In this document: one piece after another, positions 56,401-64,000 of the stretch
Numbering within the stretch: position 1 is the first letter of the stretch
Layout of the letters: every line of letters starts with the position of its first letter
Source of the DNA: Candidatus Micrarchaeota archaeon
GTDB lineage: Archaea; Micrarchaeota; Micrarchaeia; Micrarchaeales; CABMGC01
DNA: 64,000 bases
Assembly (NCBI GenBank): GCA_964419095.1
Contig: CAYQOG010000001.1
Location: 15,759-79,758 of the forward strand
Reading direction: 5' to 3'
Notes under the pieces: model-generated
The model's database searches: none
What the model was told of the DNA's origin: nothing
Seen by the model: only the letters and a program-made list of their open reading frames with translations
Made by a program: the position numbers and the translations under genes

Positions 56401-56895
56401 GACATAAACTTCACGCATGGATCATCAGCAACCGCAGTCTCTGCATCTCCGAGAAGGAGCCTTTACGCTGAGCTCAAGACAATGCAGGAGAAAGTCGATG
56501 CGGAGTTCAACATAATGGACAGGATCTATGCCGTTAACAAGAGGGACGCAGCAAGGAGAGTGATATCGAGCCACTTCATGCCAGACCTGATAGGCAATCT
56601 GCACTCTTTCTCAAGGCAGACCTTCAGGTGCTCGTCATGCAACGCCAAGTTCAGGAGAGTGCCACTCTCCGGCAAGTGCACCAGGGACGGGGGAAAGCTC
56701 CTTCTCACCATATCCAAGGGAGGGATAGAGAAATATCTCCAGATGGCGATAGCCCTCGCAGACAGATATGACCTTGACGCATACATAAAGCAGAGGCTCT
56801 CACTGGTCAAGGACGAGATAGACACGATCTTCGGAAAGGACGAGCTCGATCTGACTGCGACAGAGGGCCAGTTCAGCCTTACAAAGTACTTCTAA
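53443..56895 (+). CDS. polC: DNA polymerase II (PolD) large subunit DP2
   Basis: 1150 aa, the ATG abuts the DP1 stop, multiple Cys clusters (CPGC..C..C, CPGC..C..C, CSSC), and the conserved DP2 core. No intein-sized insertion. Confidence 0.95.
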   Translation: MIKMDNDEYFKALSDEFSVAYGLANKARAKGFDPKEYVEIKPAPDLASRVEGLTAIDGIAEVIRRNFTGQSRSKLAFSVVKEMCTDPQSEKNDKFKRIETAVRVGSAILTEGILVAPTEGIQAVRGYKNGDGTEYVAVVYAGPIRGAGGTAAALSVALADYARRFFSIGPYKPTMDDIERYVEEAELYHTRAARLQYRPSDDDIRVIASNCPICIDGVPTEKIEVAIHGNLTRLELDGKEVAITNRVRGGISLVVCEGIAQKAKKVLKEVKAFGLDWDWLNKIIKVEVKKVESNKNTSLFLDDLAAGRPILAYPGYMGGFRLRYGRSRFTGIAAKGVSPATMILTMGFIATGTQMKIEMPGKGCVALPVDSIEGPFVKLRNGSAMRVNDAETANKIKDEVEEIISLGDILVTYGDFRKSNTPLQPTSYVEELWSAQLAEKGYSKNTDHQQITFEEAYEISLEYGVPMHPKFLFEFQAASKETLAEITLAIIRSGKITADRLSKVDLLQMGLAADSKRALELMCVPHDYADGTVSIKKDYAQALLSCLGFVSGKEGTINVNELVLDKFSSPATDTIALVNSIAPFAVMKRSTFIGARIGRPEKARERLMKPSPNVLFPIGYYGGKDRNVSSAYAIDAKKFKSGLKSEIARYRCPGCKLIIETRYCYDCAKRAYIESKCPGCGRITSSDKCENCGTTPTVYEERDVNLAKMVSNALKTLRVSKMPDLIKGVKGLTNEGRIAEPLEKGILRSMYHVHMFKDGTARFDATDAPLTHFYPSEIGVGVEKLRSLGYTKDYLGNELTDTGQLVEMRHQDVVLNKRGLENMLQIAKFTDDLLERFYKLPRFYNAVYAQDMIGALVISLSPHTSCGVLNRIIGFTSANVGFAHPYIISARRRNCDGDEDTTMLLMDALINFSKDYLPQSVGGTMDTPLILTLNVKPDEVDDEVHAMEVVKAYPLSFYNKTYDYASPSEAELELVENRLRDKSVYYDINFTHGSSATAVSASPRRSLYAELKTMQEKVDAEFNIMDRIYAVNKRDAARRVISSHFMPDLIGNLHSFSRQTFRCSSCNAKFRRVPLSGKCTRDGGKLLLTISKGGIEKYLQMAIALADRYDLDAYIKQRLSLVKDEIDTIFGKDELDLTATEGQFSLTKYF

Positions 56896-56907
56896 CCGTA
56901 TTGCTTT

Positions 56908-57336
56908 TCATGGCTGGGTACTAATGCCCCTTACCCACGGTGCCACTCTAAAATGCTCAAGAGCGCTTGGCGCATTCCCGCTTAGTATGCCAACCATCAT
57001 GTTACTGTGTATCTCTGAATACGCATTCATCTTTATGCCTTCCAGCCGAGCATCCAGTTCGTCAAGCGCCTTAACCTCGCTAGTAAATGAGCATTCCAGT
57101 TGCTCTACCTGCCCAAGCCTCGCGTTTGCAGCGGCAGGACTGCCTTCACCCTCCCTGAGCTTCTCCATGTGCTCATGGAGCGCAGTTCCATCCCTGTAAA
57201 GCATCTGCACGGTCGCTTCCATTTCTATATCAAGATCGATGTGCCTGAACGTCCTGCCGACCACCTCCGTGAACTCCTGCCGACTCATCCTCCTGTTCCA
57301 TACCTGGTCAAGGAATTCCCTCGCCACTGGTCGCAT
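56908..57336 (-). CDS. Hypothetical helical protein
   Basis: An ORF only; helical and acidic, no motif recognised. Confidence 0.35.
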   Translation of the reverse strand: MRPVAREFLDQVWNRRMSRQEFTEVVGRTFRHIDLDIEMEATVQMLYRDGTALHEHMEKLREGEGSPAAANARLGQVEQLECSFTSEVKALDELDARLEGIKMNAYSEIHSNMMVGILSGNAPSALEHFRVAPWVRGISTQP

Positions 57337-57418
57337 GAATCTCTCTGAGCTAAAGCTATTTATAAATATTTTCTACAAGTCCAGCGCACCATGGCTAAAT
57401 TGCCAAAGCCTGCCTTGT

Positions 57419-57538
57419 TTATAATCCGCAGAGGAGCCCGACTCCTGCGCTGCACAACGCCGGGAATACTATGCTGAAGAAGACAGCGATTATCACTATC
57501 ACCACCAGTATTTCCAGTACGACTTTCACTACGTTCAT
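57419..57538 (-). CDS. Possible 39-aa hydrophobic micro-protein
   Basis: MNVVKVVLEILVVIVIIAVFFSIVFPALCSAGVGLLCGL: a single TM. Lies in an otherwise empty 240-nt gap, is not in the ORF track, and has no SD support. Confidence 0.2.
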   Translation of the reverse strand: MNVVKVVLEILVVIVIIAVFFSIVFPALCSAGVGLLCGL

Positions 57539-57577
57539 ATAGACACCATTAAACTGCTTCCAATAAGTTTATTAACG

Positions 57578-58912
57578 CTATCCTGACTTGCGGTATCTCC
57601 TTGAATTCACTGTCTTTATGGCATCCTCCAGTATGTCAAGCCCTTTTTCCAATGTGGATTGCGGTATCGTCAGTGCTGGTATTATCCTTATCGTGGATTC
57701 GCCTGCGGGAAGGAGCACAAGCCCCTTGTAGAAGCACAGCTTGAGTATCTCTTCCCTCTCTGCCGCCGCAGGCTCCTTGGTCTTCTTGTCCTTTACAAGC
57801 TCCACTCCAACCATGAGCCCCAGTCCTCTCACATCTCCTACAAGCTCATATCGCTCCTTCATCTCGCTGAGCCTCTTCATTGCAAACTTTCCTTTGGCAA
57901 GCGCATCATTCTCAAAGCGTTTCATGTTCCTCTTGACGTAGAGGAGAAGCGCTTCAGCCCCTGCTACCGCGGCCATGTTCCCTCCAAAAGTATTTGAATG
58001 CGCCCCCGCCGGTATGTCACCCAGCGAGCTTCGCGTAATCGTCGCTCCCATCGGCAGCCCTCCTCCTATGGCTTTTGCCATGGTATAGATGTCCGCCTCG
58101 ACCTTGAAATTGCTAAGCGCAAGGAATTTACCTGTTCTCATATACCCTGCCTGCACCTCGTCATCGACAAGAAGGATTCCGTTGTCGGATGCTATCTCCC
58201 TGACGCCCTTTACAAACTCCTTTGGAGGGACTATGTAGCCTCCTTCGCCCTGCACCGGTTCCATGAAAATCGCAGCCACCTCCTTGGGCGCTACATCCTT
58301 GGCCAGCGTATACTTCTTGATGTAGTCCACGCACTCCATCCCGCAGGATGGATACTCCTTGCCGAAAGGGCATCTGTAGCAGTAGGCGTATGGAGCATGA
58401 ACCACCGAGTTGAACGGGCCGAAATGGCTCCTCTGCGAGACCTTCGAGGACGTCATCGAGAGGGATCCATAGGTGCGCCCATGAAATGAGTTGTAGAATG
58501 CAAGGACATACTGTCTTTTTGTGAATAGTTTTGAGAACTTGAGCGCCGCCTCGTTCGCCTCGGTGCCTGAATTGGAGAAAAAGAGCCTGCCAAATCCTTT
58601 CGGGAACATCGTGAGCAGGTTTTCCGCGAATCTCACCGGCCGCTCCGCATAGAAATCCGTGAAAGCCGCATGCGTTATCCTCTCAACCTGCCTCTTTATC
58701 GCGTTCTTCACGAGTCTGTTCTCATTGTTTCCGAAATTGAAGACGTCTATGAACGAGGTGAAGTCGATGAACTTGTTGCCCGAAATGTCATATATGTAAG
58801 CGCCATCCGCGCTCTCGACAACCAGGGGATAGGGCTCGCGTGTCGTCGTCAGCATCACCCTCTTGTCCCTTTTTATCACGTCCCTTATCTTCTTGGTAAC
58901 CTTGATCGGCAT
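57578..58912 (-). CDS. Class III PLP-dependent aminotransferase (GABA/acetylornithine aminotransferase family)
   Basis: SNSGTEANEAALK, LLVDDEVQAG..RTGK, and the PLP lysine region DIYTMAKAIGGGLP. Confidence 0.88.
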   Translation of the reverse strand: MPIKVTKKIRDVIKRDKRVMLTTTREPYPLVVESADGAYIYDISGNKFIDFTSFIDVFNFGNNENRLVKNAIKRQVERITHAAFTDFYAERPVRFAENLLTMFPKGFGRLFFSNSGTEANEAALKFSKLFTKRQYVLAFYNSFHGRTYGSLSMTSSKVSQRSHFGPFNSVVHAPYAYCYRCPFGKEYPSCGMECVDYIKKYTLAKDVAPKEVAAIFMEPVQGEGGYIVPPKEFVKGVREIASDNGILLVDDEVQAGYMRTGKFLALSNFKVEADIYTMAKAIGGGLPMGATITRSSLGDIPAGAHSNTFGGNMAAVAGAEALLLYVKRNMKRFENDALAKGKFAMKRLSEMKERYELVGDVRGLGLMVGVELVKDKKTKEPAAAEREEILKLCFYKGLVLLPAGESTIRIIPALTIPQSTLEKGLDILEDAIKTVNSRRYRKSG

Positions 58913-58985
58913 ACCAGCTACTACAATACCTGCATATTTATTCCTATCTGGAAAGGGAAAGGCAAATGGTATTTAAGCATGCCCC

Positions 58986-59594
58986 GTGTATCATATCCGT
59001 GAGCGCATGGACCTTTGGCCGGCATATGGAAGGGAAGCAAAGAACCAGAATCTCGGCAAGTCGCGGCTGGTCCTTAAGACGGGCAACAGGCATCATACCT
59101 CGCTCGTGATGGTCCGGGATGCGGCAATGGAACTGGAGCTCAACAAGGCGATTTCCGTCTCATTCTCCGAAAGCGCGCGCTACATACTCGCAAAGCAGAT
59201 AACCTACGACATGCTCATCTCCATATACGATGTCAACAAGAGGAACGCAATCGCTATGCGCATAACGCAGCAGCTTACCGAGAATGCGACAAGCAAGATA
59301 ACAGCTGAGATAAAGAAGAAGGGCATGAAGAACATCGAGATAAGGATAATCGGGATGCAGGGCATCGATCCCGCAACCCAAGGGGCCGTTGACAAGATAA
59401 GGACGCATGTTCCAGGCAGGCTGATGGAACTCGACCTATTCGGCAACGAGGTGCGCCACATAGCACTGGACCTGAAGACCGGGGCAAGCTATGACCTGCT
59501 TACCGAAAACAGGCATTACGGCCCTGCCGAGCTGATAAACAACAATTCTGCCGGAGACTTTGCGCAGAAAAGGTCAGAGCTCGCTTTTGTGTAG
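58986..59594 (+). CDS. Hypothetical protein with weak resemblance to the CheD fold
   Basis: ITAEIKKKGMKNIEIRIIGMQG and RLMELDLFGNEVRHIALDLKTG recall the CheD segments (...KxxGA...AKIxGGA / ...EDxGGNxxRxxxxxxxTG). The candidate catalytic Cys position is not conserved. Confidence 0.4.
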   Translation: MYHIRERMDLWPAYGREAKNQNLGKSRLVLKTGNRHHTSLVMVRDAAMELELNKAISVSFSESARYILAKQITYDMLISIYDVNKRNAIAMRITQQLTENATSKITAEIKKKGMKNIEIRIIGMQGIDPATQGAVDKIRTHVPGRLMELDLFGNEVRHIALDLKTGASYDLLTENRHYGPAELINNNSAGDFAQKRSELAFV

Positions 59595-60101
59595 CTCCTC
59601 GTATGCAGGACCATCGGAAGCGAGAGTGCTCTTTTTCAAAGTTATCGAGTCAACCGAAAAGGTCCCGAAGTCAAAATCCTCATATTCTGTAGCGAGCTCC
59701 GTGAAGGCGCGTCTGTCCCTCATGCCCCTGACCCTTGCTATCGTTGCGTGGGGCACAAACCTCTCTTCTTCCTTTATGTTGAGCCCTTTCAGGAGGGCAT
59801 TATGCAGACGCGTGATCCTATCAGCTCCAACACTCACGCCAACATACACAACGCGAATCCGCTCTGGCTTGAAGAAACCGATGCCATGGAGCGTAACTTC
59901 GAACTTTCCTGTCCTCAGCGAATCCATCGCTGCGGTTATACGTGCGACCTCCTTCTCTTCTATCTCTCCAAAAAACTGCAGAGTTATGTGCAAAGCACTC
60001 CCATTCACAGTAGTGACATCCCTGAAAGCAAAGTACTTCGATGCATCAAGAATCCTCTTCTTTACCTCATCTGGCATCTCAATCGCAGCGAAGACCCTCA
60101 T
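59574..60101 (-). CDS. thpR: RNA 2',3'-cyclic phosphodiesterase / 2'-5' RNA ligase (2H family)
   Basis: Two HxT/S motifs (LHITLQF and PHATIAR), ~175 aa. Confidence 0.85.
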   Translation of the reverse strand: MRVFAAIEMPDEVKKRILDASKYFAFRDVTTVNGSALHITLQFFGEIEEKEVARITAAMDSLRTGKFEVTLHGIGFFKPERIRVVYVGVSVGADRITRLHNALLKGLNIKEEERFVPHATIARVRGMRDRRAFTELATEYEDFDFGTFSVDSITLKKSTLASDGPAYEELHKSEL

Positions 60102-60139
60102 GAATATATAATGAATTGCTCAATCTTAAATACGGTTTC

Positions 60140-60472
60140 ATGGTTACGTTCGAGGAATTCGCCAAGCTCGACATAAGGGTAGGGAAGATTCTCCAGATAG
60201 AGGACCATGAGAAGGCAAGAAAGCCTATGTACAAGCTGCTTATCGATTTCGGCCAGGAGATAGGCCAGAGGACGATAATAGCCGGGATAAAGGCAAGGTA
60301 TCCTAAGGAGGAGCTGAAGGACAAGAAGGTAGTGTGCATAGTGAACCTGGATCCGAAGGTCATAGCAGGGGAGGAATCCTACGGGATGGTACTCGCTGCA
60401 GGAGATGACATGGAGACGCTTTCGCTGCTTACCGTTGACAAGGACATACAGGAAGGGAGCAGGGTGAGATGA
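60140..60472 (+). CDS. csaA: tRNA-binding domain protein (CsaA/Trbp111-like)
   Basis: FAKLDIRVGKILQIEDHEKARKPMYKLLIDFG...IIAGIK..Y..EEL.DKKVVCIVNL.P..IAGEES.GMVLA. Confidence 0.8.
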   Translation: MVTFEEFAKLDIRVGKILQIEDHEKARKPMYKLLIDFGQEIGQRTIIAGIKARYPKEELKDKKVVCIVNLDPKVIAGEESYGMVLAAGDDMETLSLLTVDKDIQEGSRVR

Positions 60473-60476
60473 TTTT

Positions 60477-61067
60477 ATGATATTAGTGATTGTAGGTCTG
60501 CCAGGTTCAGGGAAAAGCACTGCAGCGCAACTGCTCCGCGAGGACGGCTTCAAGGTAATAGAACTCGGAGACATATGGAGGGACCTGCTGAGAAAATACA
60601 AAATACCCCGCAATGACCCAAAGGCGACAAGGGAGTTCACAAAGAATCTCAGGCTCAAATACGGAAAAGACATCTACGCAAAGCACGCATACAGGCTCGT
60701 CAAGGGATCAAAAGAAGACATAGTCATAATGGGAGTGAGGAGCACCTACGAGATGGACTATTTCAGGAAGCACATGAAGGACATTGTAGTAATTGCGATA
60801 ACCTCCCCGCTTAACACACGTTTCAAGAGGCTCCAGAACCGGGCAAAGCCCGAGGATCCAAAGACCCTTAAGGACTTCATCTGGCTGAATACACGTGAAA
60901 AGAGAGGGTTCCTCTCCGCAAAGAAGGAGGAGAAGCACGGAGTCATGGTACTGATAAAGAGCGCCGATTACGTAATATCAAACACTTCTACTGTGGGGGA
61001 CCTTGAGGACGACCTAGAGAATGCCATAGAGGGCGCAAAAAAGCAAGTGCCTGCAGGCAAGCCTTAA
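60477..61067 (+). CDS. P-loop nucleotide kinase (UPF0200/dephospho-CoA-kinase-like archaeal family)
   Basis: P-loop VGLPGSGKST, ~190 aa. The family call is by pattern only. Confidence 0.6.
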   Translation: MILVIVGLPGSGKSTAAQLLREDGFKVIELGDIWRDLLRKYKIPRNDPKATREFTKNLRLKYGKDIYAKHAYRLVKGSKEDIVIMGVRSTYEMDYFRKHMKDIVVIAITSPLNTRFKRLQNRAKPEDPKTLKDFIWLNTREKRGFLSAKKEEKHGVMVLIKSADYVISNTSTVGDLEDDLENAIEGAKKQVPAGKP

Positions 61068-61089
61068 CGCTGAAAAGTATGCGGATGAG

Positions 61090-61118
61090 CGTGCCCCCAT
61101 CCCCTCCACACGGGCACG
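61090..61118. terminator. Hairpin between convergent genes (possible bidirectional terminator element)
   Basis: CGTGCCC, a 15-nt C-rich loop, then GGGCACG: a perfect 7-bp stem between the stops at 61067 (+) and 61122 (-). No flanking T-run. Confidence 0.25.
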
Positions 61119-61121
61119 ACA

Positions 61122-61457
61122 TCACGCATGTATCTGTGCTATCCCACTCACATCCCGATTCACCCCGCCTACTGGCATCATGCTGCCCCTCAGTAACTTC
61201 ATCCCACCCTCTGTAAGCGCTAATGGCCTGTACTCATCACCCTTCTCCGTGAAGCTGAGTATTCCCTTCTCCTTGAGCTTCTTGAGCGTGTACCAGATGC
61301 CGCTCTGCGACATTCCGTAGGCCGCTGAAGCGTATTCCACGAACTCCGTTGCCGTAGGTATCTGGTTCAGCCCGATCTCAGCGAGGAGCACAACCTCCTT
61401 CTCGCTAAGCCTGATTCGCCCAGAGTCTTCGCTATATTGTTTTTTGTCCACTTGCAT
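61122..61457 (-). CDS. Winged-helix transcriptional regulator (MarR/ArsR-like)
   Basis: LSEKEVVLLAEIG...TATEFVEYASAAYGMSQSGIWYTLKKLKEKGILSF. Confidence 0.6.
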   Translation of the reverse strand: MQVDKKQYSEDSGRIRLSEKEVVLLAEIGLNQIPTATEFVEYASAAYGMSQSGIWYTLKKLKEKGILSFTEKGDEYRPLALTEGGMKLLRGSMMPVGGVNRDVSGIAQIHA

Positions 61458-61769
61458 AAAGCACCACCAGAAAAAAGAGCTTTGAGAGACTTTATGCAGC
61501 GGACATATTGCAATACTTATTATTGCATACGTCCGTGGCTATAGTTCCTGACGTTACCACTGGCATTGGCATTCCTGCCCACAAATGCTGCCTTTGGTTT
61601 GTCGTCATTTTTACAGCCTATACTTCCTACTGATTCTCTAAGCATCAGGTAGATATTTAAACCTTTTGTCCAAAACGGCATTCTGCAATATTGTAATGAC
61701 GTCGTAAATCCGACGCAGCCATTTGCACACTGAAGAATCGGGAGAAGCAAAGCTATTAAACCTGACGAG

Positions 61770-62648
61770 ATGAAATTGAAGAGTGAGTCATTGCTAATCG
61801 ATATGCTCCGGCTGCTGATCCTCATTTTCATAACCACTGCCTACGCCATGTTCGACGTCTTCAACAGGCGCAGTTTACCGAACATATTCGCATACGCCAC
61901 GATCGCTGTCGGGATAATAATGACATTGACCTATGACATGCATACGATTGAGCTGAGCCTGCTGTATGCGGCGATACTCTCTGGAATAGGCTACATCACC
62001 TACAAGATGGGCATACTGGGCGCGGGAGACCTCTACGAATTCGTTTTCATAAGCCTCGTATTCCCTGTGCAGCTAATGCCCTTCCTCACGAACATACCCC
62101 AGCTCCCATTTCCATTCATCCTCTCCGTTTTCATAGCAACGGGATACGCCACTGTGCTCTTTACCCCTATATACTACATAACCAAGGCAAAGAAAAAACT
62201 GGGCAGGATAAGCGTGGACAGGAAGGGCGCATGGTTGGGGATTGCGCTTCTTGCAGCGTATGTGCTCCTCATAGCCGCGGTGAACCTGATAGTGGGCCAT
62301 TTCATCCTACCATCGACCCTGCTGCTCCTTGTTGCTATACCCTCTGCGGTCATAATAATCTACAAGAACGCGATATATGAGGGAATGTCGCTACATGTCT
62401 ACCCCAAGGAATTGGAAGACGGGGACATGATAGCGGTAAACATGATGAGCCACTCAGAGCTCTCATACTTCAAGAACAAGTCAAAGCGCTTCGGTAGGCT
62501 TGTAACTGCGCAGCTGATATCCGACATAAGGAAAATAAATCGGAAGATACCGGTCTACAAGAACGCCATACCTCTCGCGCTATTTACGCTCATAGGTGTT
62601 GTGGTCTCTCTGCTCTTCGGCAACCTGATACTGCTGATGCTCTCCTAG
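61770..62648 (+). CDS. A24-family prepilin/pre-archaellin signal peptidase (FlaK/PibD/EppA-like)
   Basis: Polytopic membrane protein with the first Asp in AMFDVFNRR and the second in the LGAGDLYEF (GxGD) motif. Confidence 0.75.
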   Translation: MKLKSESLLIDMLRLLILIFITTAYAMFDVFNRRSLPNIFAYATIAVGIIMTLTYDMHTIELSLLYAAILSGIGYITYKMGILGAGDLYEFVFISLVFPVQLMPFLTNIPQLPFPFILSVFIATGYATVLFTPIYYITKAKKKLGRISVDRKGAWLGIALLAAYVLLIAAVNLIVGHFILPSTLLLLVAIPSAVIIIYKNAIYEGMSLHVYPKELEDGDMIAVNMMSHSELSYFKNKSKRFGRLVTAQLISDIRKINRKIPVYKNAIPLALFTLIGVVVSLLFGNLILLMLS

Positions 62649-62651
62649 AGC

Positions 62652-62951
62652 CTATGCCTTCTCCTGCTTGTAGACTTTCTCCTCGTTGTTGTCGTACTCC
62701 CAGTGCGTTACAGAAACGTTGATGCCATCCCTGCGTACCTCCATCAGGGTTTTGTCCCGAAGCAGGTAGACGCTCGCCACGTTCTTTCCGGTGCCGGCTG
62801 TCTCGCCTTCTATGATATGGAAACCCTTGCCTCCGAATGGCATCTCCGAAACCGCCACCGCAAGGTCAGGCTGGCCTGAGGGGCCAATCATCGCTTCCCT
62901 AGGCATAACGAATATGCCAGGTGTCATGTACTTCACAAAAGTTCTTGCCAT
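62652..62951 (-). CDS. Hypothetical protein
   Basis: An ORF only, 99 aa, no motif recognised. Confidence 0.35.
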   Translation of the reverse strand: MARTFVKYMTPGIFVMPREAMIGPSGQPDLAVAVSEMPFGGKGFHIIEGETAGTGKNVASVYLLRDKTLMEVRRDGINVSVTHWEYDNNEEKVYKQEKA

Positions 62952-63023
62952 TGTCTCATCTCACTATATTTGCAATATTGTTACGTAGCCCATCTTATAA
63001 ACTTGACCTCATATTCCGTTCAT

Positions 63024-63941
63024 TCATAAGGAGATGACTCCCCTGAGGAGCTCCGCTGCCTTGTCATAGGAAAGAGGCCGCGATCCCCTAGCCTTAGCGT
63101 ACCTGCACTGATATCTTATGTAGCTCTCATTGACACGCGTGGTCGGATCTATCTGCTTGCATCTCTCTATGTAGTCTGCTATGGCCTTCACGGCGTCATC
63201 CTCGCTCATGCCCTTCACGTTCACAAGGTAAGGCGCGAGTACCAGGTTGACTACCCTATGCCTCACATCTGCAATTGGAGTCGCGAGCAGCTTAGCTATC
63301 CAGTCATATCTCCTTTCATCCGCCTTTATGCTGATCTTCGGCACCGGCACCTTGATTCCTTTGGAATAGAGTACTACTTCACGCGGCAGCTCCTTTGCAG
63401 GTATCGGCAATCCCTTTGAGACCTCCGCCTTTATCGCACTCTCGATTATTCCAGCGGCTTTGTACTTCTGCATAGAGACCATGCCCTTGCCCAAGTCCTG
63501 ACGTGCCAGCGCATACTCTGGAGTCTTCGGCGAGAGCTTCAGGAAACCGCTGAAATGCATCGAGAATCCATTGTCATAGGAGATATCGACCCCCAGTTCC
63601 TTTGCCAGCCTGATTATGTTCCCATCTGATTCCTCCCGCAGCGCCTCGCCGCAGCGCCTCGCCTCTGCACGCACGTACCTGTCAACGGCTATCTTGCTGT
63701 TAAGCGCGCTGACGAGCATCCTCGCGTATATGTAGCTTAGAATGGACTTGTGCCTCACTTCCTTGAGTTTGCTAGTCGAATAATCAATCCTGGATCTGAC
63801 AAGGGCATGCTCAAGCCTCGACTTTCCCATCTCCATCATGGCAGAGTCGAATCGGGGGGCTAGTCTCGCTACGTATTCCTTCGCCTCTTTGGAGAAAGGA
63901 TACTTGTAGGCAAATTCAAGCGACGCTTCTGCTCCTTCCAT
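63024..63941 (-). CDS. priL: DNA primase large (regulatory) subunit PriL-like protein
   Basis: N-terminal FAYKYPFSKEAKEYV and a helical body. C-terminal W..KLL...I.D.RHR....LAPYLVNVKGMSEDDA is analogous to the PriL-CTD HxxRFxLxxFLxxIGM segment. ATG 63941 preferred (ORF open to 63989). Confidence 0.55.
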   Translation of the reverse strand: MEGAEASLEFAYKYPFSKEAKEYVARLAPRFDSAMMEMGKSRLEHALVRSRIDYSTSKLKEVRHKSILSYIYARMLVSALNSKIAVDRYVRAEARRCGEALREESDGNIIRLAKELGVDISYDNGFSMHFSGFLKLSPKTPEYALARQDLGKGMVSMQKYKAAGIIESAIKAEVSKGLPIPAKELPREVVLYSKGIKVPVPKISIKADERRYDWIAKLLATPIADVRHRVVNLVLAPYLVNVKGMSEDDAVKAIADYIERCKQIDPTTRVNESYIRYQCRYAKARGSRPLSYDKAAELLRGVISL

Positions 63942-64000
63942 AGTTAGATATCTCAAACAATCTTTATATAGAGATATTCGATTTGGCAATAGGCTTATAG

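Noticed and set aside
4414-56895. Checked the usual intein hosts (gyrB, gyrA, lhr, cdc6, PolD DP1/DP2, thermosome) for intein-sized insertions.
   Set aside because: All have normal lengths with contiguous catalytic motifs. Only the thioredoxin gene carries an intein.
61520-61837. 105-aa minus-strand ORF upstream of the A24 peptidase.
   Set aside because: It overlaps the peptidase's first TM/Asp segment, has implausible composition, and has no SD or TATA in the right place.
1-64000. CRISPR arrays, rRNA genes, large tandem or inverted repeats, and intact transposases or integrases.
   Set aside because: None were recognised by eye. Repeat detection by eye is weak, so short or diverged repeats could be missed.

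Overview
This is a gene-dense archaeal chromosomal segment. I count about 70 protein genes and 2 tRNAs, and saw no rRNA and no CRISPR array. Information-processing genes dominate:
- Transcription and replication: TFE, gyrB-gyrA, an Lhr-type helicase, SSB, Mre11, Orc1/Cdc6, both PolD subunits and a PriL-like primase subunit.
- RNA processing and protein turnover: prefoldin beta with the RNase P proteins Rpp30 and Pop5, a beta-CASP RNase, and the proteasome/exosome superoperon (psmA-SBDS-rrp4-rrp41-rrp42-L37ae-X-rpoP).
- Other housekeeping: ADP-forming acetyl-CoA synthetase, a histone, HisRS, an AglB/GT4 glycosylation cluster, a thermosome, and the adk-DUF106-L34e-cmk-L14e cluster.

PolD, a histone, gyrase and several shortened housekeeping proteins together suggest a small euryarchaeal or DPANN-type genome. 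I cannot assign it further without database searches. Translation starts are commonly preceded by a GGTGA-like Shine-Dalgarno motif, and TTTATAT-type TATA boxes occur in the intergenic gaps.

The most notable observation is a thioredoxin gene interrupted inside its CGPC active site by a complete LAGLIDADG-type intein (30872..31945). The extein Cys-3 and intein Cys1 form a native CXXC, so splicing may be redox-gated.

Accessory or decayed patches:
- A reversed-order AbiEii/AbiEi-like pair abutting ribL, next to a frameshifted LamG fragment (41.8-43.8 kb).
- A multiply disrupted serine recombinase remnant (about 34.06-34.58 kb).
- An ABC transporter, glycoprotein and isochorismatase block inserted into the conserved adk...L14e cluster.
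- A cytoplasmic NlpC/P60-like hydrolase convergent with a RimK-type ATP-grasp ligase.

Unusual domain architectures: an H1-like Lys/Ala-rich tail on TFE, a 3-TM plus coiled-coil N-terminal module on AglB, and a PriL-like protein without the usual Fe-S cysteines.

All family calls come from motif recognition by eye. No searches were run.
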